Positions 27,605 through 37,837 are shown, numbered from the stretch's first letter. The stretch: DNA of 64,000 bases from Candidatus Multivorans sp. (GCA_965224025.1 OZ245033.1:867571-931570); one strand, 5' to 3'. Notes: generated by a model not told the origin, from the letters alone. Translations and numbers: made by a program.

Positions 27605-28231
27605 ATGAACGACTCTCCGCACAGCGGCGACGACCGCGTGCCCCCCGGCCAGTACGTCACGAAGAAGTGGCCCGTGCTGTCTGTCGGCGACACGCCGGAG
27701 GTGGACACGGCCGGGTTCGGGATGCGCCTGTTCGGCCGTCTCGAAGCGGAGCACTCCTTCGACTGGCAGACGCTCCAGGCGCTGCCGCGCCGGGAAGTCG
27801 TCGCCGACTTCCACTGCGTGACCCGCTTCTCGACCCTGGACAACCCGTGGTCCGGGTTCTCGACCAGGGACGTTCTGGCCGCCGTGCAGCCCACCGCAGG
27901 CGCCACCAATGCCATGATCCACTGCTACGGCGGCTACACGACGAACCTGCCGCTTAAGGACCTGCTCTCCGAGCACGCGCTGTTCGCCGACCGCCACGGC
28001 GGCGAACCGCTGGCGCCCGGCCACGGCGGTCCACTGCGCCTGGTGGTGCCCCATCTCTACGCTTGGAAGAGCGCCAAGTGGGTCTCCGGCATCGAGTTGC
28101 TGAACGCCGACGAGCGGGGCTTCTGGGAGGAGAACGGGTACCACACGTACGGCGATCCTTGGGCGGAGCAGCGCTTCTCGTCGCAGGAGACGCGGGAAGC
28201 GTGGCAGGTGCGGCGGGCGGTGGGGGGCTGA
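27605..28231 (+). CDS. Sulfite-oxidase-like molybdopterin oxidoreductase (YedY/MsrP-like catalytic domain)
   Basis: FHCVTRFS, HGGPLRLVVPHLYAWKSAKWVSGIELL and GFWEENGYH. Confidence 0.85.
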   Translation: MNDSPHSGDDRVPPGQYVTKKWPVLSVGDTPEVDTAGFGMRLFGRLEAEHSFDWQTLQALPRREVVADFHCVTRFSTLDNPWSGFSTRDVLAAVQPTAGATNAMIHCYGGYTTNLPLKDLLSEHALFADRHGGEPLAPGHGGPLRLVVPHLYAWKSAKWVSGIELLNADERGFWEENGYHTYGDPWAEQRFSSQETREAWQVRRAVGG

Positions 28232-28240
28232 GAATTCGCG

Positions 28241-28292
28241 CTCGCCGCTTCGCGGCGGAGCGCCGGATGCGGACCAGAAGGTCCGCGCACCC
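28241..28292. repeat. REP-like double hairpin, family A variant
   Basis: CGCCGCTTCGCGGCG, then CGCCGGATGCGGACC-AGAA-GGTCCGC. It has the same loop (AGAA) and different stem bases from 10293 and 57636. Confidence 0.65.
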
Positions 28293-28349
28293 AGAGAAGG
28301 TCGACGGCTTGGCGAAGCGCTCTACGCAACTGGTGGGTCGTCGTGCAGG

Positions 28350-28375
28350 CACCGGATGCGGACCAGAACCCGGGT
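28350..28375. repeat. Truncated 5' module of REP family B, abutting the argR stop
   Basis: CACCGGATGCGGACCAGAACCCGGGT versus CGCCGGATGCGGGCCAGAACCCGGGT at 50240. Confidence 0.55.
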
Positions 28376-28833
28376 CAGTCGCCTTCGAGGAGTGCCTCGA
28401 GCGACGCGCGGATGCGGTCCCGGTCGCCCGCGCTCTTGACGACCACGAGGACGGTGTCGTCGCCCGCCAGGGTGCCGGCGACTTCGGGCCAGTCGGTCTG
28501 GTCGAGGGCGACGGCGAGGGCGTTGGCGTGGCCGCTGCGGGTCTTGAGCAGGATCAGCGCTTCGCCTTCGTCGAACCCGGTCACGAACTGGCGCAGGGCG
28601 CGTTCGATGTCGCGCCGGGGCGGCGTCGCGGCCTGGTCCGCGGGCGCGTAGCGCGAACCGCCGCCCGCGAGCGGCACCTTGACCAGGCCGAGACGGCGCA
28701 CGTCGCGCGACACGGTGGCCTGGGAGACGCGGATGCCCCGTCGGTCGAGCGCCCGCACGAACTCCTTGTGACTCGACACCGGCCGCTCACCGATGATGTC
28801 GAGGATCGCGCCGCGCCGGATCGCCGGACTCAC
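28375..28833 (-). CDS. argR: Arginine repressor
   Basis: GTG start (GTGA overlap with the argH stop). Motifs SQATVSRDVRRLGLVKV and GTLAGDDTVLVV. The 607-aa ORF 28375..30198 is otherwise a shadow. Confidence 0.85.
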   Translation of the reverse strand: MSPAIRRGAILDIIGERPVSSHKEFVRALDRRGIRVSQATVSRDVRRLGLVKVPLAGGGSRYAPADQAATPPRRDIERALRQFVTGFDEGEALILLKTRSGHANALAVALDQTDWPEVAGTLAGDDTVLVVVKSAGDRDRIRASLEALLEGD

Positions 28834-30299
28834 GCGCCGCCTCCCGGGAGCGCCTCCGCCAGCAGTTCGCCGTCCAGGTGAGCGCGGTAGACCGGCGGCG
28901 GCTCCTGTGCCTCCAGCCACCGGCGCTCCTCCTGCAGACGCGCCGCGGCGAGCTCGATCTGCTCGGCCACCCGCTCCGGGGCCGGCCCGCCGTAGCTCCG
29001 GTGGGCGGCGAGCGAGGCTTCCGGCCGCAACGCCGCCACGAGTCCGTCGATGTCCTCGATCTCGGGAACGAGGTCCCGAAGCTCCGAGGCCGGGAGCTGC
29101 CACAGCTCGACGCCCCGCTCCTCGGCGGCCCGCACCACTGCGCCGGTCCGTTCGTGGGCGCCGCGGAACGGCACGCCGGCGACGGCGAGCCGGTCGGCCA
29201 GGTCGGTGGCGGTGATGTAGGAGCCTTCGAGCGCGGCCGCCATCGCTTCGCGGTCGAACTCCAGGCTCTCCGCCAGCACGCGGGCCACGCGGAGCGAGGC
29301 GCCCACCGTGTCGAAGGCGTCGAACAGCGCCTCCTTGTCCTCCTGCAGGTCGCTGTTGTAGGTCAGCGGCAGGCCCTTGACCGTGACCAGCAGGGAGACG
29401 AGGTCGCCCACCGCGCGCCCCGACTTGCCGCGCAGGATCTCCGCCGGCTCCGGGTTCTTCTTCTGCGGCATGATGCTCGAACCCTTGGCGGCGCGGTCCT
29501 GCAGCCGGGCGAAACCGAACTCGCTCGACGTCCAGAGCACGACCTCCTCGGCCCAGCGCGACAGGTGCACCATGGTCAGCGCGCACGCGAACAGCGCCTC
29601 GGCGGCGTAGTCGCGGTCCGCCACCGCCCACATGGTGTTCGGGTAGGGCGCCTCCATGCCGAGCAGCTCGGCGCTCCGCCGAGGGTCGATCCGGTGCGGC
29701 GACCCGGCCATGGCACCGGCGCCCAGGGGGCAGAGTCCCGCCGCCCGGTGCGCCCGCCGCAGCCGCCCGGCGTCGGCGAGAACGGACCAGGCGTGGGCCA
29801 GCAGATGCTGCGCCAGGCTGGTCGGCTGGGCGCGCTGCATGTGCGTGTACCCCGGCAGCGCGGTACCTGTGTGCTGCCGCGCGTGGTCGATGAGGGCGCC
29901 GGCGAAGCCCGCGGCCGCGGCGACCGCGCGCTCGACCTCGGACCGCTGCCACAGCCGCAGCGCCACCGCGGTCTGATCGTTCCGGCTGCGCGCGGTGTGC
30001 AGGCGCCGGCCGGCGTCGCCGATCTCTTCCGTGAGTTGCCGCTCGATCCAGGTGTGAACGTCCTCGTCCCCGCCGCCGACCTCGAGCTCCCCCGCCTCGA
30101 CCCGCCGCAGCAGGGAACCGAGACCTTCGAGGATCGCGCAAGACGATTCGCGGTCGATCACGCCGGCCTCGAACAGCATGCGGGCGTGGGCCAGACACCC
30201 CACCAGGTCCGCCGCCGCGAGCCGGTGGTCGAAAGGCAGCGACCGCGTGTACGCGTCAATCACCGGATCGACCTCCGATTCGAAGGCGCCGCCCCACAA
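28830..30299 (-). CDS. argH: Argininosuccinate lyase (start uncertain: TTG 30299 or TTG 30350)
   Basis: LWGGAFESE, GYTHMQRAQPTS and GSSIMPQKKNPEPAE. Confidence 0.9.
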   Translation of the reverse strand: MWGGAFESEVDPVIDAYTRSLPFDHRLAAADLVGCLAHARMLFEAGVIDRESSCAILEGLGSLLRRVEAGELEVGGGDEDVHTWIERQLTEEIGDAGRRLHTARSRNDQTAVALRLWQRSEVERAVAAAAGFAGALIDHARQHTGTALPGYTHMQRAQPTSLAQHLLAHAWSVLADAGRLRRAHRAAGLCPLGAGAMAGSPHRIDPRRSAELLGMEAPYPNTMWAVADRDYAAEALFACALTMVHLSRWAEEVVLWTSSEFGFARLQDRAAKGSSIMPQKKNPEPAEILRGKSGRAVGDLVSLLVTVKGLPLTYNSDLQEDKEALFDAFDTVGASLRVARVLAESLEFDREAMAAALEGSYITATDLADRLAVAGVPFRGAHERTGAVVRAAEERGVELWQLPASELRDLVPEIEDIDGLVAALRPEASLAAHRSYGGPAPERVAEQIELAAARLQEERRWLEAQEPPPVYRAHLDGELLAEALPGGGA

Positions 30300-30346
30300 G
30301 CGAGACGTAGCGGACCGACCCGCCCTTCCTCCCGGGTCCCGGGCGT

Positions 30347-31525
30347 TCAAGCCGCGGCTTCCTCCAGCGCGTGGGCGAGGATTCCGACCGCGCGCTCGAT
30401 CTCCGGGTCGTGGACGACGAGCGGCGGCAGCATGCGAATGCTGTGCGGCCGCGGCGCGTTGACGAGCAGGCCGTTCTCCAGGCAGCGGTTCACCACGTCG
30501 GGCGCCGCCGGCGTGCATTCGATCGCGATCATCAGCCCCTGGCCGCGCACCTCGGTGACCAGGCCGCCGGCGCCGAGCTGTCCCAGCAGCACGCGCAGGT
30601 ACTCGCCGGCCCGGTTCACGCGCTCGAGGAAGGCCGGATCGAGCACCGTCCGGAGCACCGCCGTCACCGCCGCGCAGGCCAGGGGGTTGCCGCCGAAGGT
30701 GGTGCCGTGGGTGCCGGGCACGAGCGAGGCCGCGACCTCTTCCCGCGCCAGGACCGCTCCCACCGGGATTCCGCCGCCCAGACCCTTGGCGAGGGTGATC
30801 ACATCCGGTTCGAGCCCGTAGTGCTGGAAGCCGAAGGCGCTGCCGAGACGCCCGATTCCGGTCTGCACCTCGTCGAGGACGAACAGCGCGCCACGCTCGC
30901 GGCAGAGAGCCTGCAGGCCCTCCAGGTAGCCGGCCGGCGGCTCGATCACGCCGGCTTCGCCCTGGATCGCCTCGATGAGCACCGCGCAGGTCGACCCGTC
31001 GATCTCGGCCGCGGCCGCCTCAAGGTCGCCGAACGGCACGCCGACGAAGCCCCCGGGCAGCGGCTTGAAGCCGACCTGGTAGGCGGGTGTGCCGGTCGCC
31101 GCAAGCGCGCCGAGGGTGCGGCCGTGAAAGCCGCCCTCGGCGGTCACGATCTTGTGCCGGTCGCCCGAGCCGTCCTGGTCGTAGCCGTAGCGTCGCACCA
31201 GCTTGATCGCCGCCTCGACCGCCTCCGCGCCGCTGTTGCAGAAGAAGGCCCGGTCCAGGACGCCGCCTGTCGCTTCGACCAACCTCCGGCCCGCCCGTTC
31301 CTGCTCCGGAATCCGGTAGAGGTTCGATACGTGGAGGTAGCGACGCGCCTGGCGGCTGATGGCGTCGCTCAGCGCGGGATGGTTGTGACCCAGGGACGAC
31401 ACCGCGATGCCGCCCATGAAGTCGAGATACTCGCGGCCCCGCTGGTCCCAGAGGAGCACGCCGTCCCCGTGGCTGAACGCCACCGGCGCCCGTTTGTAGT
31501 TCGCGAACAGGCTGTCCTCGGTCAT
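30347..31525 (-). CDS. argD: Acetylornithine aminotransferase
   Basis: SGAEAVEAAIKL, LDEVQTGIGRLG and TLAKGLGGGIPVGA. Confidence 0.9.
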   Translation of the reverse strand: MTEDSLFANYKRAPVAFSHGDGVLLWDQRGREYLDFMGGIAVSSLGHNHPALSDAISRQARRYLHVSNLYRIPEQERAGRRLVEATGGVLDRAFFCNSGAEAVEAAIKLVRRYGYDQDGSGDRHKIVTAEGGFHGRTLGALAATGTPAYQVGFKPLPGGFVGVPFGDLEAAAAEIDGSTCAVLIEAIQGEAGVIEPPAGYLEGLQALCRERGALFVLDEVQTGIGRLGSAFGFQHYGLEPDVITLAKGLGGGIPVGAVLAREEVAASLVPGTHGTTFGGNPLACAAVTAVLRTVLDPAFLERVNRAGEYLRVLLGQLGAGGLVTEVRGQGLMIAIECTPAAPDVVNRCLENGLLVNAPRPHSIRMLPPLVVHDPEIERAVGILAHALEEAAA

Positions 31526-31532
31526 CTTGAAG

Positions 31533-32393
31533 TCACTCCACGGGTTCCGCAGGTTCTTTGATCATCGTGCCGATTCCGCCCTCGGTGAACATCTCCACCA
31601 GGAGCCCGTGCGGCTCGCTCGCGGCGAGGATGTGGGCGCTCGTGACCCCGGCCTCGAGCGCGCTCAGACAGGCCCGCACCTTGGGCACCATACCGGCCGA
31701 CACGACGCCGGAGTCGATCAGGTCTTGCGCCTGCGCGGGCGTCAACCGCGAGCGGAACTGGCCGTTGTCGCTGATGCCGCGCACGTCGGTCAGGAGCAGG
31801 AGCTTCTCCGCCGCCACTTCCGCGGCGAGCGCCGCGGCGGCGGTGTCGGCGTTGATGTTGTAGGTCTCGCCGCCAGGCCCGACGCCGAGCGACCCGATCA
31901 CCGGCACGTAACCGGAGTTCGTGAGCTGATCGAGCAGGGAGGTGTCGACCTTCTCGATCTCGCCGACGAAGCCCAGTTCGTCCGAGCGCGGGTGGGGCCG
32001 CACGCGCAGCAGGTCGCCGTCCTTCCCGGTCAGCCCGACGGCGCGGCCGCCGGCGCGCTGGATCATTCCCACCAGGCGCTTGTTCACGGAGCCGCCGAGC
32101 ACCATCTCGACGACCCGCATCGTGGCGCCATCGGTGACGCGCAGGCCGTCGACGAAGCGCGGTTCGATGCCCATGACCTGGAGCATCTTCGAGATCTCGG
32201 CGCCGCCGCCGTGGACGAGCATCGGTCGCAGCCCGGCGCTCCCGAGCAGCACGATGTCCTCGATCAGCGAGCCGTACTCGTCGCCGGCCATGGCCCGGCC
32301 GCCGTACTTGATCACCACCCGCTTGCCGCGCCACGCCGACGCGTACCGCAGTGCAGCCGCCATCTCCAGGCCCAGATCGCGTTCCGTTCTCAT
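31533..32393 (-). CDS. argB: Acetylglutamate kinase
   Basis: Internal start MRTERD. Motifs VVIKYGGRAM, LVHGGG and INADTAAAALA. Confidence 0.9.
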   Translation of the reverse strand: MRTERDLGLEMAAALRYASAWRGKRVVIKYGGRAMAGDEYGSLIEDIVLLGSAGLRPMLVHGGGAEISKMLQVMGIEPRFVDGLRVTDGATMRVVEMVLGGSVNKRLVGMIQRAGGRAVGLTGKDGDLLRVRPHPRSDELGFVGEIEKVDTSLLDQLTNSGYVPVIGSLGVGPGGETYNINADTAAAALAAEVAAEKLLLLTDVRGISDNGQFRSRLTPAQAQDLIDSGVVSAGMVPKVRACLSALEAGVTSAHILAASEPHGLLVEMFTEGGIGTMIKEPAEPVE

Positions 32394-32409
32394 CGCTCCC
32401 GCCCGTTCC

Positions 32410-33612
32410 TCAACTGATGTAGCTCGCGTTGATCTGGATGTAGCCCTCGGACAGATCGCAGGTCCAGACCGTCCACCGGCCGGAACCGAGCCCGAGATCG
32501 ACATGGAGCACGGAGCGGTCCGCCAGCATCGCCTGGCCCAGGGGTTCGAGGTCGTCCGTGGCGCCCAGCCCACCGCGCACGACCTCAACCCGTTCGCTCC
32601 CGGCGCTCACATCGATCGCGATCCGCTGCTCGACGATGTCGACACCGGCACGGCCGATCGCCCCCATGAACCGGCCCCAGTTCGGCTGACCCGTGCGGTA
32701 CGCCGTCTTGACCAGGGGCGAGTTGGCGATCGTCGTCGCCACCTGGCGCGCCGCGGCGTCGGTGCGCGCGCCGCCGACACGGATTTCGACCACCCGGTTG
32801 GCGCCTTCACCGTCGGCGATGAGGGCGACCGCGAGACGGCCCAGCAGCCTTTCGAGTGCCTCGGTGAAGCGCTCCAGGTCCTTCCCCGAGGCCGCTTCGA
32901 CACCGGCTGCGCCGTTGGCTAGAACCAGGATGCTGTCGTTCGTGCTTGTGTCGCCGTCGACGGTGACGCTGTTGAAGGTCGGCTCGACCGCTCGCCGCAG
33001 CGCGAAGTCGAGCGCCGCCGGCGTCACCTTGGCGTCCGTGGTGACGAAGGCCAGGGTGGTCGCCATGTCCGGCGCCATCATGCCGGCGCCCTTGGCGATG
33101 CCGCCGATCGTCACTTCGCCGCCCGAGAGTTCCACCGTCTCGACCTCGATCTTGGTCCGCGTATCGGTGGTCAGAATCGCTTCCGCCGCCCGTTCACCGC
33201 CGTCCGGACCCAGTTCGGCAGCCGCGAGATCGATGCCGGCCAGTACCGTAGGCATCGGCAGCGGAACGCCGATCACCCCGGTCGACGCCACGAGGACGTG
33301 TTCGGAGTCGATTTCGAGCGCCGCCCCGGTACACGCGGCCATTGCCCAGGTATCGGCCAGACCCGATTCACCCGTACAGGCGTTCGCGTTGCCGCTGTTC
33401 GCGACGATCGCCCGCGCCCGACCGGCGGCCGCCACGTCGCGGCAGTAGAGCACCGGTGCCGCCTGCACCTGGTTGCGCGTGAACACGCCCGCTACCGTTG
33501 CCGGCTCCGCGGCCGTCGAAACGATGATCGCCAGATCGAGCTTCTTCTCCTTCAGGCCGCAGTGGACGCCGGCGGCAACGAAGCCCCGCGGGGCGGTGAC
33601 GCCGCTGCTCAT
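32410..33612 (-). CDS. argJ: Bifunctional ornithine acetyltransferase / N-acetylglutamate synthase
   Basis: GFVAAGVHCGLK and KGAGMMAPDMATTLAFVTTDA (autoproteolysis site). Confidence 0.9.
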   Translation of the reverse strand: MSSGVTAPRGFVAAGVHCGLKEKKLDLAIIVSTAAEPATVAGVFTRNQVQAAPVLYCRDVAAAGRARAIVANSGNANACTGESGLADTWAMAACTGAALEIDSEHVLVASTGVIGVPLPMPTVLAGIDLAAAELGPDGGERAAEAILTTDTRTKIEVETVELSGGEVTIGGIAKGAGMMAPDMATTLAFVTTDAKVTPAALDFALRRAVEPTFNSVTVDGDTSTNDSILVLANGAAGVEAASGKDLERFTEALERLLGRLAVALIADGEGANRVVEIRVGGARTDAAARQVATTIANSPLVKTAYRTGQPNWGRFMGAIGRAGVDIVEQRIAIDVSAGSERVEVVRGGLGATDDLEPLGQAMLADRSVLHVDLGLGSGRWTVWTCDLSEGYIQINASYIS

Positions 33613-34649
33613 GGGAACACCGGGGCGGCCTGGAGGCCGGTCGTTTCGGGGAGACCCAGCATGACGTTCATGTTCTGTACCGCCTGTCCGGCGGCCCCCT
33701 TGACCAGGTTGTCGATGGCCGAAAACACGACCGCAAGGCCCCGTTCCCGGTCGACCCGGACCGCGATGTCGCAGTAGTTGGAACCGAGGGTCGCCTTCGT
33801 CTGCGGCAGGGCCGCATCAGTCAGCACGCGGACGAAGGGCTCACCGGCGTAGCGATCGAGGAACGCCGCCTCGAGTTCCTCCCGGCTCGGCGCGTCGACC
33901 ATCGGCACGTAGCAGGCGGCGAGGATGCCCCGCGTCATCGGGGCGAGATGCGGCGAGAAGAAGACCTGGGCACCGGCGCCGCCGGTCGCCAACTCCTGCT
34001 CGATCTCCGGCTGGTGGCGATGAACACCCGAGCCGTAGGGCTTGAAGTTCTCGTTCAACTCCGAGTACTGGTAGCCGTCGCGAGGGTTCCTGCCCGCTCC
34101 CGAGACGCCGGACTTCGCGTCGATCACGATCGCGCCGGTCACCCGGTCGCCGAAGTGTTCGAGCACCGGCTTGAGCGCCATCGACGACGCGGTCGGGTAG
34201 CAGCCCGGATTGGCGACCAGGCGCGCGCCCGCCACCGCGTCGCGATGCCACTCGGTGAGCCCGTAAACCGCCTCCGCAAGCAGGTCGGTCGCCGTGTGTT
34301 CCCTGCCGTAGCAGCGGCGGTACGACGCCGGGTCCCGGAGTCGGAAGTCGGCGCCGAGATCGATGACACGGGCGCCCGCCTCGAGCAGCCGGCCGGCGGC
34401 CGCCAGCGCCTCGCCGTGCGGCAGGGCCAGGAACACGACATCGGCGTCTCTGCCGAGACGATCCCAGTCGGTCGGGGCGAGGTCGCCCTCCGCCACGCCG
34501 CCGAGATGCGGGAAGACGGCCTCGACCGGCTGGCCGGCGCGGCGGCCCGCCGCAAGCGCACCGAGTTCCACGTCCGGGTGGTCGTGCAACCACCGGACCA
34601 GTTCCGCCCCGCTGTAGCCGGACGCCCCGGCGATCGCAGCCCGAATCAC
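33609..34649 (-). CDS. argC: N-acetyl-gamma-glutamyl-phosphate reductase
   Basis: GTG start proposed (VIRAAIAGASGYSGAEL). Active-site block NPGCYPT. Confidence 0.9.
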   Translation of the reverse strand: MIRAAIAGASGYSGAELVRWLHDHPDVELGALAAGRRAGQPVEAVFPHLGGVAEGDLAPTDWDRLGRDADVVFLALPHGEALAAAGRLLEAGARVIDLGADFRLRDPASYRRCYGREHTATDLLAEAVYGLTEWHRDAVAGARLVANPGCYPTASSMALKPVLEHFGDRVTGAIVIDAKSGVSGAGRNPRDGYQYSELNENFKPYGSGVHRHQPEIEQELATGGAGAQVFFSPHLAPMTRGILAACYVPMVDAPSREELEAAFLDRYAGEPFVRVLTDAALPQTKATLGSNYCDIAVRVDRERGLAVVFSAIDNLVKGAAGQAVQNMNVMLGLPETTGLQAAPVFP

Positions 34650-34697
34650 AAGGCGGCGAATAATACACCACAATGGCGCACGATTACTCGCGCGGAA

Positions 34698-35540
34698 TCA
34701 GAACGACCAACTGAGAACCGAGAACGGAACGGCGAGAACCGAGACGACGAGCAGCACGAGCGCGACCAGCACTTCCCCGGGACTCTCCGGCTTGTCCGGG
34801 CTGTACAGGCTCGCCAGCAGGTAGCCGCCCGCCAGACCGCCGAGGTGAGCCCAATTGTCGATCCCCCGAAGCAACAGTCCGAACAGGACCAGCGGAATGG
34901 CCATGCCCAGCACCTGCCTCAGGAACATGCGGCTGCCGGTCCTCCGCGAGTAGCAGAGCAGCGCCCCCAGCCAACCGAACACCGCCGCCGAAGCGCCCAG
35001 GGTCACACCGCGATGCGTGAGCGGTACCCACGGAGCGAAGATCGGCAGGGCGCTGGTGACCAGGAAACCCAACGCCGACGAGACCAGGTAGATGATCGCC
35101 GCCCGCCCGGTGCCGTAGAGACGCGCCATGGCCGGACCGAGCTGATACACCCAGTACATGTTGAAGCCGATGTGCAGCAGGCCGCCGTGCAGCCAGCCGG
35201 CGCTCAGGATCGTCCACCAGCGGCCGAACTCGAAGACGATGGGCGCCCCGCTCGCCCCGAGCCGGATAGCGACCTCGAAGTCGGGGGAGAGAAAGCCGAA
35301 ACCCAGCCCAGTGTTGACCCGCCCCGGCGCCATCGCCAGCTCGAGCACGAAGATCACCACGCAGATGCCGATCACCACGGTCGAGAACGCGGCCTCGTTG
35401 CCGATGCGCTGCAGCACGCGGGAGAACCCGAACAGGCTGGGCCGGGCGCGGCCGCAGTTCCAGCAGCGCTCGTCCTGAACGCCGACCAACCGACCGCAGC
35501 CGGGGCACACGACGGAGCCTGACTGTTGGCGCTCAAACAT
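34698..35540 (-). CDS. Rhomboid-family intramembrane serine protease with N-terminal zinc ribbon
   Basis: CPGCG..CWNCG, GASAAVFG and HLGGLAGG. Confidence 0.85.
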   Translation of the reverse strand: MFERQQSGSVVCPGCGRLVGVQDERCWNCGRARPSLFGFSRVLQRIGNEAAFSTVVIGICVVIFVLELAMAPGRVNTGLGFGFLSPDFEVAIRLGASGAPIVFEFGRWWTILSAGWLHGGLLHIGFNMYWVYQLGPAMARLYGTGRAAIIYLVSSALGFLVTSALPIFAPWVPLTHRGVTLGASAAVFGWLGALLCYSRRTGSRMFLRQVLGMAIPLVLFGLLLRGIDNWAHLGGLAGGYLLASLYSPDKPESPGEVLVALVLLVVSVLAVPFSVLSWSF

Positions 35541-35845
35541 CAGAAGGGAATGTCGTCGTCGCCGCTCGATTTGTCGAAGCCGGAAGTCTCCTGGGAATCG
35601 GCCGCCGCGCCGCCTGAGTCCTCCGCCTCCTCCTCGATCGCTTCGACAATCTGCTGAACCTCTACCTCGGCCCGCCGGATCTTCTTCCGGCAGATCTCAA
35701 GCAATAGAGCGGCGCGCCCCAACTCCCTGCCCAGTTGGTCGATGTCGATCTCGTCGCCCTCGATGCGCCGGAGCACACTCTCGAGCTCCTCCATTGCCTG
35801 GCTGAAACTCTGTTCGCCCCCGCCGGCGGCGCCGTCTGCGCTCAT
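35540..35845 (-). CDS. xseB: Exodeoxyribonuclease VII small subunit
   Basis: FSQAMEELESVLRRIEGDEIDIDQL..LLEICRKKIRRAE. Overlaps xseA and the rhomboid start. Confidence 0.85.
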   Translation of the reverse strand: MSADGAAGGGEQSFSQAMEELESVLRRIEGDEIDIDQLGRELGRAALLLEICRKKIRRAEVEVQQIVEAIEEEAEDSGGAAADSQETSGFDKSSGDDDIPF

Positions 35846-37176
35846 GTTCGCTCCTCCGTACTCAGCACCCTGCTGCGGATCGTGCCGCCCGAGACCTGGG
35901 TCCGCAGTTCGGCGTCTGCCGCTACATCGTCGACCCTTCGCACGAGACGGCCATCCACCCGCCGGGTCAGGCTGAAACCGCGCGCGAGCGTCCGCTCCGG
36001 CGAGAGTTGATCACACAGGCGCCCCTGAGCCTCCACTTGCACCGCCGCCCGGCGCACGGGCAGGAACGCGCCCCGCAGCAGCCGCGTCCGGCGTTCCTTC
36101 TCCTGCTTCCTGGCGTCGGCCAGGAGTCTCCGACTCGGGCCGGGCAGCCGCGTCGCCGCCGAGCGCAGGCGCTCTCCGACACGGAACACCGCGGTCTCCG
36201 CGCGTCGTCCCAGTGCTCGTAGCGTGTCGCGGACCGACCGCTCCGCGGCGGACAGCGTCCGCTCGGCTGACCGCGCCAGATCGCGCTCCAGCGCACGGCA
36301 GTGGGCGTCGGCCTCGCGGACGCGGCCGACGAGAGTCTCGGCCGCCTCAGTGGGCGTCTTGCAGGTCGTGTGCGCGACCATGTCCGAAATCGACACGTCG
36401 GTCTGGTGGCCGACACCGCAGATAACGGGCACGGGCGATTCGGCGACCGCGCGCGCCACGGAGCGACTGTCGAACGTCGCCAGATCGGCCCGCGACCCGC
36501 CGCCGCGGATCAGGGCGATTGCATCCAAACGGCGGCCGCCGCGCGCGAAGGCGCTCAGCAACTCGAAGGCGCGGCCGATTTCCGCCTCGGCCGCAGCGCC
36601 CTGGACGGCCGAGTGGACCAGGGACACCCGAAAGCCGAACCCGGAGTTCTGGAGCGTGTCGAGGAAGTCGTGGTAGGCGGCGCTCCCCTCCGAGGTCACC
36701 AGGCCGATGTCGAACGGCGCCGCCGCCAGCGGCAACCGCTTGTTCAGTTCGAGCAACCCGGCCGCCTCGAGCGCACGGAGGGTCTCGCGGCGCCGCTTCT
36801 CCAGCGCGCCGAGCGAGAACAGGGGGTCGATGTTGGCGACGACGAACTGGAACCTGCCCCCGCCGGGCCAGAAGTCGGGCCGGCCGGCGCAACGCAGGAC
36901 GACGCCCTCCTCCAGGTCGACCCCCGCCTCCCGCAGCGCCGCCTCGACCCGGGGCCGATCGTCGCCCCAGACCACGCAATCCAGCTTGGCCTGGACCCGG
37001 TCTCTCCGCCCCTTCTCGATCAGCTCGAAGTAGAGCTGGCCCCGAGCGGCCACTCGGAGTCTCTGGACCTCGCCGGCGATCCACACCGACGGATAGGCGT
37101 CGCCGATGAGACCCTTCATCTCCCACGCGAACTGGGAGACGGTGTACGTGCCGGCCGGGAGTTCGGAACCGAGCAA
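35842..37176 (-). CDS. xseA: Exodeoxyribonuclease VII large subunit
   Basis: YTVSQFAWEMKGLIGDAYPSVWIAGEV..LYFELIE (OB fold), IRGGGS and PVICGVGHQTD. Confidence 0.9.
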   Translation of the reverse strand: MLGSELPAGTYTVSQFAWEMKGLIGDAYPSVWIAGEVQRLRVAARGQLYFELIEKGRRDRVQAKLDCVVWGDDRPRVEAALREAGVDLEEGVVLRCAGRPDFWPGGGRFQFVVANIDPLFSLGALEKRRRETLRALEAAGLLELNKRLPLAAAPFDIGLVTSEGSAAYHDFLDTLQNSGFGFRVSLVHSAVQGAAAEAEIGRAFELLSAFARGGRRLDAIALIRGGGSRADLATFDSRSVARAVAESPVPVICGVGHQTDVSISDMVAHTTCKTPTEAAETLVGRVREADAHCRALERDLARSAERTLSAAERSVRDTLRALGRRAETAVFRVGERLRSAATRLPGPSRRLLADARKQEKERRTRLLRGAFLPVRRAAVQVEAQGRLCDQLSPERTLARGFSLTRRVDGRLVRRVDDVAADAELRTQVSGGTIRSRVLSTEERT

Positions 37177-37180
37177 CAGC

Positions 37181-37729
37181 TCAGTGGAAGCCCTTGAGCT
37201 CGAGCACCGACTCCATGGGAATCGCTTCGGCCCAGTCGAGGGCGTTCTTGTCGCCGATCGTCAGCTTGTCCAGGAACTGTCGCGCCTCGTCACGGTGGGT
37301 GAACAGCCGCCAGATGAAGGTGTGGCCGGCCGGCGCGGTGAAGTACGTGTAGTTCCGCATCCCCTCGCTCAGATCGAAGCCGAGGTCCGATTCGCCGTTG
37401 ACGCCGACGCAGGCCATCGCGATCGCCCGGTACGCGAGTGCGAGCGCCTTGAGCGGCTCCTCGAAGTCGGACAACTCCTCGCGCGACAGCGGCGAGTGGT
37501 AGAGGGCGACCCGCGAACCGTCCTCCTCGGCGAGCACGTTGTACGGCACGTCCGCCCGGTCGAGAGCGTCCCGCGTCTCGCTGGTCATCACGAAGACATC
37601 GTCCGTGTCCTCGACCTTGTACGCGATCGCGAAGGTCTCCGAATCCAGACCGGCGAACGACTCGGCAAGGATGCCCTCATCCTCGATCGTGAAGTAGTAG
37701 AGGCGCGAGATCATCCGACGGGTAGCCAT
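37181..37729 (-). CDS. Hypothetical cytoplasmic protein
   Basis: 182-aa ORF with balanced composition, tightly packed between neighbours. No family recognised. Confidence 0.6.
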   Translation of the reverse strand: MATRRMISRLYYFTIEDEGILAESFAGLDSETFAIAYKVEDTDDVFVMTSETRDALDRADVPYNVLAEEDGSRVALYHSPLSREELSDFEEPLKALALAYRAIAMACVGVNGESDLGFDLSEGMRNYTYFTAPAGHTFIWRLFTHRDEARQFLDKLTIGDKNALDWAEAIPMESVLELKGFH

Positions 37730-37837
37730 GCGTATTCAACTCCTGGGTCGGCCGGAAGCGGCCGAGCGGCCGGAATCCTACCGGATTCGCGGCCCCGCCG
37801 GAGGGTTCCTGACGCGGTTCTTCGGCTCGGCCTTCCG

